DNA from: Phycisphaerae bacterium
GTDB taxonomy: Bacteria; Planctomycetota; Phycisphaerae; UBA1845; Fen-1342
DNA length: 64,000 nt
Reading direction: 5' to 3'
NCBI GenBank assembly: GCA_963675745.2
Contig: CAXXWX010000010.1
Coordinates: 126,563 to 190,562, forward strand
The position numbers and the translations under genes are program-made. Shown one piece after another: positions 17,992 through 26,921 of this stretch (position 1 is its first letter; each line of letters opens with the position of its first letter). The notes under the pieces were generated by a model that was not told where the DNA came from, did no database searches, and saw nothing but the letters and a program-made list of their open reading frames with translations.

Positions 17992-19512
17992 ATGTCCCGC
18001 GCACGATCCCGCAACGTATTACGAACCGGCAAGCGCCCCTCTGTTCACCGGGTATTCTGGCTGTTGCCAGCTCTGGCCATGCTCTGGTGGTCGAGCTGTG
18101 TGTCGCTGCCGCCGGAGCTGATCGACCAGGCCGAGGAAGAGCTGCGCCGCGAGCTCGAAGAGATGAACGCCGAACCCGAGCCGTTTATCCCGCCCGCGCC
18201 GACAGAAATCACGTTCCACGCGGTCTACCAGAACGTCATCGACGAAGATCGGCTCGGCGACACGATCGGGCCCTGCGCCATGTCAACCGACGGGCGCAAG
18301 ATCGCCTTTCGCAATCGCGGCGGCATCGGCGACGAGCTCAACCGCGTCTATCTGATGGACACCGACGGCACCGGGCTCGAGGGCTTTGACGTGCATGGCG
18401 ACCTCGGCCCGCTCTCATACGTCGCGATCAGCGGCGACGGCACGCGCGCCTATTTCGCCACCTCGTTCAACCAGACTATTCTCAAGCTCGAAAGCGGAAA
18501 CATCTCAACATACGATCTTACCGGCGATGATGGTCCCGACGGAATCGACACGCTGCGAACCACCACCACCGGCGACTATGTGTACTTCCACGGTAATCGG
18601 GACAGCAACGTCTGGCGGCTGCGCCACGACGGCACCGGCTTGCAGCGCGTCGTCGACGTGGACGATCCCGCCATGCCGCCCAATGGCGCTGCTGCGTTCG
18701 ACATTTCGGCCGACGCATCGGTGCTGGTCTTCAGCCGCTCAATGGGAGGCGAGATCTACAAGCTCGCCGGCGGCGGGATCACGCAACTCACCAACGAAGG
18801 CGGCTATGGCACGCCGCGGATCACGCCCGACGGCAACACCGTCTACTACCGCGCATCGGCCAGCGCCGACCAGCCGGGCTGGTGGTTGATGAGCGCGTCC
18901 GGCGGGGCGGCAACATGGATGTCAAACTGGCCCAGCGGCCTGAATCTCGCCGCCAGTGAGGACGGGGCCACTCTCTTCGTGGGTGACACGCGCGCCAAGC
19001 CGGACAACACTGCTTTCGCACTGTTTCCCTCGACCGGTCTCGCGGACTTCTCCTACTCGATGAGTAGCGACGGGGCATTGATCTGTTTCCGCCCGGACTT
19101 CGGCAAGATCTACGTCGGGCACATCGCAGCGCCCGACGTCGTGCTCGACGTGCCGGTGGTGGAGTCGATCGGGTTTGATCCGTCCCGCGTGCCGCGCGGC
19201 GACCCGAATGCGCAGGTCGTCGCTGTTGTGAAGGCGTCGGCCGAGCACGGCCTGGAGCCCGCGATGCTGGTCAGGGTCGCGGAGCTGCTCGACGGTCGCA
19301 TAGCGCGCGAACACGCGGCCCCGATCGTGTTTCCAGACCTGTACGACCACAGTTATTCGCCGGACGGTGTGGCTGATGACGGGGTTTTCAGCGGCATCGG
19401 GAGTATCGCGGACGGCATCGATGCATACGACTCGGTGACCGTGCGCATCTCGGCATATGACACGATCGGCAACATAGTCGTTGCCGACGCCGTGTTGCCG
19501 ATCGGGGGTTAA
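17992..19512 (+). CDS. Secreted TolB/WD40-like beta-propeller protein (probable lipoprotein) with an Asp-rich C-terminal domain
   Basis: Repeated (I/M)SxDG..IxF blades; WSSC lipobox-like; DLYD..DGVADDGVFSG motif; AGGAGG RBS before ATG 17992. Confidence 0.7.
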   Translation: MSRARSRNVLRTGKRPSVHRVFWLLPALAMLWWSSCVSLPPELIDQAEEELRRELEEMNAEPEPFIPPAPTEITFHAVYQNVIDEDRLGDTIGPCAMSTDGRKIAFRNRGGIGDELNRVYLMDTDGTGLEGFDVHGDLGPLSYVAISGDGTRAYFATSFNQTILKLESGNISTYDLTGDDGPDGIDTLRTTTTGDYVYFHGNRDSNVWRLRHDGTGLQRVVDVDDPAMPPNGAAAFDISADASVLVFSRSMGGEIYKLAGGGITQLTNEGGYGTPRITPDGNTVYYRASASADQPGWWLMSASGGAATWMSNWPSGLNLAASEDGATLFVGDTRAKPDNTAFALFPSTGLADFSYSMSSDGALICFRPDFGKIYVGHIAAPDVVLDVPVVESIGFDPSRVPRGDPNAQVVAVVKASAEHGLEPAMLVRVAELLDGRIAREHAAPIVFPDLYDHSYSPDGVADDGVFSGIGSIADGIDAYDSVTVRISAYDTIGNIVVADAVLPIGG

Positions 19513-19610
19513 CCAGGGGCGGCAATTGTGCGCAAAGATACCGCCCGGCCGCGTGGTTTGAGCGCGACCGGGCGGAAGTGCTTGCTAGACAATGCCTCAC
19601 GCTGCGCGGC

Positions 19611-20729
19611 TTACGGCTCGGTCGCGTAGTCGTGGCTGTCGGTGGCGTCGGTGAACGGTGTGGCCACGCGCACATCCGCGTCCTGGGTCCACGACATTAT
19701 CCCGAACTTCAGGTTGGTCGCGTTGTAGCCGAGCATGTTCAGCGCGGTGGTCGCCAGGCCGCCGGTGTGACCGGTGTAGCAGTAGACGACGATCGGCTGA
19801 TCCGCGGGGATCTTCTGGAGGTTTTCAACCAGGGCGATCGTCTTCCACGGAATGTTGATCGCGCCCGGAATGTGGCCCAGCGCGTAATGCTCGGCCGAAC
19901 GCACGCTGATGATGAACGGATCGTTAGTGGCGTCGCCATCATTCAACAGGGCGAACAGATCGGCGGCCGTGGTCGTGGGCGGCGTGCCCGCATCCAGGTA
20001 CGCCTTGCCGGCGGCCCGGACAATCTCCATGTCGTCGGTCGAGGTGGAGACATCCAGCGTCGGCAGATCGTTTGTCGCCGAGCCCGGGTTGTCCGTGGTC
20101 TCGACGTCGTAGTCGTGCGAGTCGACAGTGTCGTCGAACGCCGCGGCAACGCGGATATCCGTGTCGCGCGTCCAGGCGCCCATGCCGAACTTCATGTTGA
20201 CAGCGTCATAGCCCAGCGCGCCCAGGAAGCATGTCGCGACGGCGCCCGTATGCCCGGTGTAGCAATACACCACCACTTGCCGGTCGGTCGGCACATCGGC
20301 GAGAACGCCTTCATCCGCGACCGTGCGCCAGGGAATGTTCACCGCGCCCGGCACGTGCCCCAATGCATAATGCTCGGCCGACCGAACGCTGATCACGTAC
20401 GGCCTGTTCAACTCGTTGGCGTCATTCAACGTCTCAAAGACCGTCTGTGCCGCGATCGCCCCTGCCGGATCGCCGGCAAAATACGTCGCCAGCGCCGTGC
20501 GCACGACCTCAAACTGGTCGATGGTCGTGGTGTTCGGATCGACCGTATTCGGATCGACCGTGTTCGGGTCAACCGTGTTCGGATCGACCGTGTTCGGGTC
20601 AACCGTATTCGGATCAACCGTATTCGGATCGACGTTGTTTGGATCGTCCACCGGCACCGTTGGGCAGCCACCCAACATGCACAGGCCGATGCCTGTGAGG
20701 ATCAGCAGCGTTAGATAGTTCTTCTTCAT
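19611..20729 (-). CDS. Tandem double-rhodanese (sulfurtransferase) lipoprotein with a DPNTV linker
   Basis: Two domains, each with SVRSAEHYALGH.PGA.NIPW and VVYCYTGH (catalytic Cys present in both); LGGC lipobox. Confidence 0.9.
   Translation of the reverse strand: MKKNYLTLLILTGIGLCMLGGCPTVPVDDPNNVDPNTVDPNTVDPNTVDPNTVDPNTVDPNTVDPNTTTIDQFEVVRTALATYFAGDPAGAIAAQTVFETLNDANELNRPYVISVRSAEHYALGHVPGAVNIPWRTVADEGVLADVPTDRQVVVYCYTGHTGAVATCFLGALGYDAVNMKFGMGAWTRDTDIRVAAAFDDTVDSHDYDVETTDNPGSATNDLPTLDVSTSTDDMEIVRAAGKAYLDAGTPPTTTAADLFALLNDGDATNDPFIISVRSAEHYALGHIPGAINIPWKTIALVENLQKIPADQPIVVYCYTGHTGGLATTALNMLGYNATNLKFGIMSWTQDADVRVATPFTDATDSHDYATEP
20529..20645. repeat. Coding tandem repeat, 8 x 15 bp (DPNTV)
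   Basis: Eight units counted directly, with synonymous codon variation between them. Confidence 0.95.
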
Positions 20730-20779
20730 AGTGAGTCTCCATGATCTCGTGAGTAGCAATCCCAAATGACCAAAGCCAC

Positions 20780-22213
20780 CTAGTTCATCTCCGGCGGCTC
20801 ATTGACGACAACAGATTCGTTGGCGGTAATCTCCGCCTCGACCATCAGTCCTTCGTCCACCAGCTCGGCCAGGTATGCCGAGGTCAGGAACAGATCCAAA
20901 TCGCCGTGGCACTCGGCGCATGATGCCGTCTGCGGCGTGCTGCGCTGAATGTTGTGCGGCGTCGCCGGCCGCCAAGTGGGCTGGTCGGCGAAGTTCGCCA
21001 AATCGATGTCCCAGTCCTCAAACGTATCGGGCGCAATTGGAATGTGCCGCAGCAGGACATACGTGTACGGTTGTGTGGCCGTCACGTTTGGATTGCGGCC
21101 AATGCGGAAGTCCATCTCCGACGGCAGTTGCAGGCCCTGCGTTTCCAGCTCCACGTGGCACTGATAGCAGTTCTTGTATGACATCGAGTGGCAGACCTGG
21201 CAGGCCACCGTTCCGGCGTGGCTGCTGTGGTATATCGAGCTCGACGTTGTCGACGCGGCGTCTGCGTGGCAATCCGGGCACTTCGGGCCGGCATCATTCG
21301 CATAGCGGTGGGCCGGCGTGGTGCCGTCGCCGTGCAGCTCGATGTCGTCGTGGCAAGCCATGCAGTTCATGCCGCTGCGCCAGTGGACGTCTTCAGCGAT
21401 ACCGGCGTTCTTTCCGAGGAACTCGTCACCGACGCGACTGCCGTGACAGGACGTGCAGTTGTCGGTGAGCGACGGCGTTTTGTAAAAAGTGTGCCCGCGC
21501 GTCAGACCGCCGCGCACGGAACTTGGCCGGCTGATATGGCATTGGCCGCAAGTGCCGTGGCAGCTCTCGCAGCGCGCGGCAAACATCGCCGCGTACTGGG
21601 CGTCGTCGGCACCGGCGTCGCTACGGTTGGCGAACGCGGTGAAGTAGCCCATCTGTGTCGCGTGCAGACTGTTCTGCACCTTAGCCGCAATCTCGGCGTG
21701 GCAGCCTTTGCAGGCCGGCGCGTCGCCGGCCGAAGGGTCAATCACCATGCCGACGTGGGCCGCGGCCTTTTCGTTCACCCCCTCCGCGCCTCCGTGGCAC
21801 GTGCGGCAGCCGATCGCGCCGTGAGTGGTGCTGGCAAAGCCACTGGCAATCAGAACACGCTCCCATACCTCCAACTGAGGTACAGAGCCACCTCACCCCT
21901 CGCCCGTGTCTTCGACCTGTGCCTCCTCCTCGCGAGCGACGGCCTTCAGCAACGTCTCATCGGTGTGACAGCCGATGCAGTCGCGCGCCAATGACGTCGG
22001 GTCGCCAGGCTGGTTGGGATCAGCCGGTGTATTGGGGTCAGCCGGCGTATTGGGGTCCGTTGGCGTGTTGGGGTCGTTTGGATCGCCGGGCGTGGTTGGT
22101 GTCGTCGGAGGGCAGCCGACGATCAGCAGCGTCAGCATCAGCAGCGCCAGCATCGGCGGCGCGCCGGCACGTGGACAGCGTCGTAGCGGATAGGGTGGTT
22201 TCGGCGGGTGCAT
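20780..22213 (-). CDS. Multiheme (11 x CxxCH) cytochrome c lipoprotein, predicted selenoprotein (TGA at 21893-21895 read as Sec)
   Basis: ORFs 21893..22429 and 20780..21874 are in the same frame and separated only by TGA plus 6 codons (DTGEG-U-GGSVPQLEVWERV). One CxxCH lies before the TGA and ten after it. GGAGG RBS before ATG 22213; IVGC lipobox; SECIS-like hairpin follows the TGA. Confidence 0.82.
21859..21888 (-). promoter_or_regulatory. Putative bacterial SECIS element
   Basis: GCUCUGUACCUC-AGUUG-GAGGUAUGGGAGC stem-loop; the G-containing apical loop starts 16 nt after the UGA. Confidence 0.72.
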
Positions 22214-22556
22214 CGTGAACCTCCAAGGACGGAACGCACAGAGATCGGTCATTACCGGTTCAGCGACAGATGACGGTACAGGAATGTAGACCGTCGGCGC
22301 CATTCTAGCGAGCGAAACGACAGCGACAAGGTTAGAAACGGGAGCGGATGGAGGCCGGGAATCAGCAGCGAGAAATCGAACGTCGCCGTGCGCGCCATGG
22401 GGCGTGCGGATCGTCGTTTCCATCGGCAAACGTGTCTTCTAATCAGTATCATGAGTGTACGATATCGACGCTCGAATCAGCACCGCAAGCGACCGGCATG
22501 CTGCCACCCAACGCCGCATGCTTTCGTGCAGGACGCTCCGCCAGTATCCTCTCAAC

Positions 22557-23411
22557 ATGCAAAACACCGCCCGCCTGCTGATTGCCTGTCCCGACGGTCC
22601 GGGGATTGTCGCGGCCGTCGCCGGTTTCATCGCCGAGCACGGCGGAAACCTGCTCGATGCCGACCAGCACACCGACAAGGACCACGGTGAGTTCTTCATG
22701 CGCTGCGCGATCGAACGCGAGGGCTTTCACCTCAACGTGGACACGTTTGACGATGCGTGGCGGCCACTCGCCGATCGATTCCGCATGAACTGGACGATTC
22801 ACTGGGGCACGTCACGTAAGCGCATGGCGATCCTGGTCGGCAAGCAGGGGCACTGCCTGTCGGACTTGCTGTGGCGCTGGAAATCCGGCGAGATTGAAAT
22901 CGACATCCCCCTCGTCATCAGCAATCACCCGGACCTTGGTGATGTCGTTCATGACGCCCGCGTGAACTTCGCCGTCTGCCCCGTGACGCCCGAAACGAAG
23001 GCGCAACAGGAGCGCAAGCTGATCGAGCTGCTGCACGACGCGCGCGTGGACTTCGTGGTTCTGGCGCGTTACATGCAGATCATCTCGCCGGCTTTCATTG
23101 CCGAGTTCCCCAACCGGATCATCAATATCCACCACAGCTTTCTGCCGGCTTTTGCGGGGGGCATGCCTTATAAGCAGGCTTACGACCGCGGCGTGAAGAT
23201 GATCGGCGCGACCAGTCACTACGTCACGGATGAGCTCGATGCCGGCCCGATCATCGCCCAGGAGGCCGCACCGACCAGCCACCGCGATACGGTGCGCGAC
23301 CTGATCCGCAAGGGGCGTGACCTGGAGCGCGTCGTCCTGGCGCGCGCCGTGCGCCTTCATGTGGGTGACAAGATCCTCGTCAGTCAGAACAAGACCGTCG
23401 TCTTCGAATAG
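22557..23411 (+). CDS. purU: Formyltetrahydrofolate deformylase
   Basis: ACT domain CPDGPGIVAAV; LARYMQI, INIHHSFLPAFAG, GVKMIGATSHYVT and LDAGPII. Confidence 0.96.
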   Translation: MQNTARLLIACPDGPGIVAAVAGFIAEHGGNLLDADQHTDKDHGEFFMRCAIEREGFHLNVDTFDDAWRPLADRFRMNWTIHWGTSRKRMAILVGKQGHCLSDLLWRWKSGEIEIDIPLVISNHPDLGDVVHDARVNFAVCPVTPETKAQQERKLIELLHDARVDFVVLARYMQIISPAFIAEFPNRIINIHHSFLPAFAGGMPYKQAYDRGVKMIGATSHYVTDELDAGPIIAQEAAPTSHRDTVRDLIRKGRDLERVVLARAVRLHVGDKILVSQNKTVVFE

Positions 23412-23448
23412 CGCGCCGCAGCGTGCGGCCGCGCAAGCGAGGTGAACA

Positions 23449-24060
23449 ATGGGCCTGCTCCGCGGCGTCTTTGGTCCCAGCCGGGATGAAATCTGGCGGC
23501 AGCTTGCCGATCAGGTCGGTGGGCAGTTTGTCGAGGGTGGATTCCTCGGCAACAGCAAGGTGACCGCCAGCGTTGGCGAGTGGATCATCACGCTCGATAC
23601 GTACACCGTTTCCACGGGCCAGGTGACGGTGACCTACACGCGCATGCGGGCGCCATATGTCAACGCCGACGGCTTCCGCTTTCAGATATCCCGCGCCGGC
23701 TTTTTTACCGGGCTCGGTAAGCTGCTCGGCATGCAGGATATCGAAGTCGGCCATCTCGACTTCGATCAGGCATTCGTCATCAAGGGCAACGATGAGGCGA
23801 AGGTGCGCCGGCTCTTCGCCAATCGCCGCATCCGTCACTTGCTGCGCGAACAGCCCGCCGTGAGCCTCACCGTGAAAAACGATGAAGGTTGGTTCGGCAA
23901 GCGTTTTCCAGAGGGCGTCGACGAATTGCACTTTCAAAGAAGCGGCGTGGTCAAAGACCTTGATCAATTGCACGGGCTATTCGAGCTCTTCGCCGAAGTG
24001 CTCAACCATCTCTGCCACATCGGCTCCGCGTACGAGGATGACCCGCAGATCGAGCTGTAG
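23449..24060 (+). CDS. Conserved hypothetical protein (DUF3137-like)
   Basis: Clean ORF with GAGG RBS; GKLLGMQDIEVG..DFDQAFVIKG. Confidence 0.65.
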   Translation: MGLLRGVFGPSRDEIWRQLADQVGGQFVEGGFLGNSKVTASVGEWIITLDTYTVSTGQVTVTYTRMRAPYVNADGFRFQISRAGFFTGLGKLLGMQDIEVGHLDFDQAFVIKGNDEAKVRRLFANRRIRHLLREQPAVSLTVKNDEGWFGKRFPEGVDELHFQRSGVVKDLDQLHGLFELFAEVLNHLCHIGSAYEDDPQIEL

Positions 24061-24142
24061 CTGGCAGCGCGCGACGAGGGATTCCACGTGCGTCTGCACG
24101 TCGAATCCCTCGTCGCGTTTCAACCTCTATGCCCTGTCGCGC

Positions 24143-25537
24143 TTAATCCTCGTCAGGAATCGTCTCGGCCCGCAGGTCGCCGTAGATCACCCGCACGTGC
24201 TTGGCGTCGAGGTGCCAGGTCAGCAACACTTCGTCAGCGTCGCCCGGCAGGACGTAGTCACCGTTGTACTCCGGTTCGAGGCCGTCGCGCACCAGTTGAC
24301 CGAAGAAGACGCAGCCCTGCGTGATGCCCATGACCGACTGGGCCAGCCCGCCGGCAAACGGATTCTGCGGATCGATCTCCATCTGCTCCGACGTCGCCAG
24401 CTTGATCGAGAACTGGGCGCCGACTTGCGTCGGGTCGAGCGCGGCGGGGTAGCTGCCCACCACCTCGGCGAACTCACGCAGCCCGTCGATCAGCGTCTGC
24501 TCGGTCGGCGGCGGTACGACCATGTCCACCTGCCGCGCATCTTCGGGGATGTCTGGATCAAACAGCGCCGCGTCGAGTCTCACGTCCCACTCGAACCGAT
24601 CCTGCACGACCAGTATGTGCATATGGCCCACGCCGAACGTGTGCGTGACCAGCTCGACCTCGATACGGGCGGGCAGGCGCGTGTCAATGTCTACCCAGAT
24701 GCGCATCGCGGCCCGCGGCGTGTCATCTTCGCCCGCCGGTGGCGGCGCCAGCACGAGGCCGAGCTTCTCGGCGCCGAGTTCGAAGCCCTCCACTTCGCGC
24801 CCGTCGATCACATCGCGACCCAGGCGCCGATCGGCATCACCCGTCAGCTCGCACAGACGCCGGATATACTCATCGGGCGAGTTTGTATCACCATCGGGGC
24901 TGGAGTTCTCCATGCCCTCCACGCGCATTACGGTGTTGAACTGTGGCATGTAGATCAGCGCCGGCCCTGAGGGGCTGCGCCAGATCGTCTGCTGCTGGCC
25001 CGGCAGACTTTCCATGTCGATACGCGAACCGAACGTGTCCGACATGCGAATAGTGCCGGTCGTCATGGGTTCGTCGGCATCGTTCATGTATGTTTCAATC
25101 TGGCAGACGATCGTCTGTGCCGCGCGCATGCGCTCGATGACGGCGGCCAGGGCGATATTGTCGCCGGGCATCAGGAAGAAGAGCACGCCGGCGAGGATGC
25201 AGGCCGCCGGTACGATCACCGCCGCAATGCGCCTGGTGGCAGTCGTGTTCAGACTCATGGCTAGTTCTCCACAGCGACGCCACACCCGCAGAACCGGTCC
25301 GCCTCTCGCGGGGGGATCCGCAGGCAACGCCGCCATCAGTTGCTCGCGCAAATCATCGTGGTCGCGGTCAAAGGTCTCATACATGCGCACACGCTCGGCA
25401 TGTGCGCGGCGAGCCGCGAGAAACTGTGCGCGGCAGTTTTCGTCGGTGCGCGCCAATTCGAGCAGCCGCTCCGCCGCGGCGTCTTCAAGCGCTCCCATGA
25501 CCAGGAGATCCCAATCTTCGGCGCCGGGCGTCTTCAT
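24143..25537 (-). CDS. Putative anti-sigma factor: N-terminal cytoplasmic domain, TM helix, LolA-like periplasmic domain
   Basis: ATGA overlap with the ECF sigma stop; TM segment; IWVDIDTRLPARIE..FEWDV.LD.ALF.P.IP. Confidence 0.7.
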   Translation of the reverse strand: MKTPGAEDWDLLVMGALEDAAAERLLELARTDENCRAQFLAARRAHAERVRMYETFDRDHDDLREQLMAALPADPPARGGPVLRVWRRCGELAMSLNTTATRRIAAVIVPAACILAGVLFFLMPGDNIALAAVIERMRAAQTIVCQIETYMNDADEPMTTGTIRMSDTFGSRIDMESLPGQQQTIWRSPSGPALIYMPQFNTVMRVEGMENSSPDGDTNSPDEYIRRLCELTGDADRRLGRDVIDGREVEGFELGAEKLGLVLAPPPAGEDDTPRAAMRIWVDIDTRLPARIEVELVTHTFGVGHMHILVVQDRFEWDVRLDAALFDPDIPEDARQVDMVVPPPTEQTLIDGLREFAEVVGSYPAALDPTQVGAQFSIKLATSEQMEIDPQNPFAGGLAQSVMGITQGCVFFGQLVRDGLEPEYNGDYVLPGDADEVLLTWHLDAKHVRVIYGDLRAETIPDED

Positions 25538-26109
25538 AGCCGCACCTCCTGCACACACATCAGTCTCCGCAGCCGCTTCACCGCGGACGACAGCACGCGA
25601 TAAAATCCCGATCTTGACAGGCCCAGCACCACGCGGGCCTCTTCGACGTTACAACCCTGTAGGTAGAAAGCATGCAGGGCCACGCGCTCGCGCGACGAAA
25701 GCGTGTCCCCGGCGCTGTTTCCCCGCTCGTTGGGGACGGCGATGATCTCTCTCAGCGCAACGAGGCGTGGATCAGGGGGCTCCTGTCGGGTTGTCCACCG
25801 ATCCTGCCGTGCGGCCAGGGTCGCCGCACGCCGCTCGTCGCGCAAGTGTCGCCGTCGCCATTCCCGGCACACCTGGCGGGTAATCCCCGTCAGCCATGCC
25901 GCGAATCGATCCGGGTCTTTCAGTTTTCCCAGGTTTCGAAATGCGCGCAGGAACGACTCCTGGGTGAGATCGGCGGCGGTGTGAAGGTCGCGACACGCGT
26001 CGTAGCAGACCGCGCGGATCAGGCGTGCACGGCGGTCGTACAGCTCGGCAAAAGCCGACCTGTCGCCGTTGAGCACGCCCAGCACGAGTGTTCCATCCGT
26101 CGGACCCAC
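25534..26109 (-). CDS. ECF RNA polymerase sigma factor
   Basis: GDRSAFAELYDR, AADLTQESFLRAF..L..LKDP..FAAWL and a region-4-like C-terminus. Confidence 0.9.
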   Translation of the reverse strand: MGPTDGTLVLGVLNGDRSAFAELYDRRARLIRAVCYDACRDLHTAADLTQESFLRAFRNLGKLKDPDRFAAWLTGITRQVCREWRRRHLRDERRAATLAARQDRWTTRQEPPDPRLVALREIIAVPNERGNSAGDTLSSRERVALHAFYLQGCNVEEARVVLGLSRSGFYRVLSSAVKRLRRLMCVQEVRL

Positions 26110-26307
26110 GATACGTCCTCCAACCGCTGATCACCGGTCATATTACCAGTGGCCGGTCACGACGAATCGTCCAGCGAAAAATCGGAATTTCCCCCCTCGG
26201 AGCATCGACCCAGATGGAGGCAACCCGCCCGCTCGCGCAACAAAACGGGGATCGTCCCCGGCCACCTGCCGAAGACGATCCCCTGAAAGCTCAAATCAAA
26301 TGTGCTG

Positions 26308-26634
26308 TTACTTGGCTGCCTTTTTGGCGGCAGCCGGTTCGGCGTCAGGCTCCGGCTGGCTCTTCAGCCGGATTGCCCGCCGTATGCCGGTCGCACTGCT
26401 GTCACCATCCTTGCGTTTAGGCATCGTGACGATGCGAGGTTGCCCGATAAGATCGTCCTTGCCGCGTGGGTCGGCAAGCCAATCCAGCACGCTGTCCTCA
26501 AGGCTCTTGGTGACCGGGATCTTGAACTTCTTGCCGCACGATTTACACCGCGCAGACCGTCCCTGAGCTTCTTGTGGCAAGCGGTACTTGGCCCCGCAAT
26601 GCGTGCAGGCACACTTGATGTATTCGCTCATCAA
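26308..26634 (-). CDS. Zinc-ribbon (MJ0042-like) domain protein
   Basis: CTHCGAKYRL..GRSARCKSCGKKF; GAGGTGAG RBS. Confidence 0.7.
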   Translation of the reverse strand: MMSEYIKCACTHCGAKYRLPQEAQGRSARCKSCGKKFKIPVTKSLEDSVLDWLADPRGKDDLIGQPRIVTMPKRKDGDSSATGIRRAIRLKSQPEPDAEPAAAKKAAK

Positions 26635-26921
26635 CTCACCTCACTCGCCAGATTTCGGCTGGACCCGGGCGCAAAACCTGCTCCCGCGGAGCCGAAACCG
26701 CTCCAAAACACCGTTTTCACCAATTGTCGGCTGAGGACAAACGGTATGAGCGAGATGAGTGCCGTCAAGACCGTTATGATATTATGCGGATAGGTGTTCA
26801 GCCTTACACCTTCCAGTACATAGACTATCGTCCGTCAGACACTATTTCAAGAGCCTTTCGCGATCGCCAGATGACGGATATTCGTCACCGGAGGCGCGCG
26901 ATTTGCGCTCAACTCGGCAGG

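Noticed and set aside
20529..20645. Possible CRISPR or non-coding repeat
   Set aside because: In-frame coding repeat with synonymous variation.
24143..26109. ECF sigma/anti-sigma pair as a novel system
   Set aside because: A common arrangement in planctomycete-like genomes; nothing distinctive seen.
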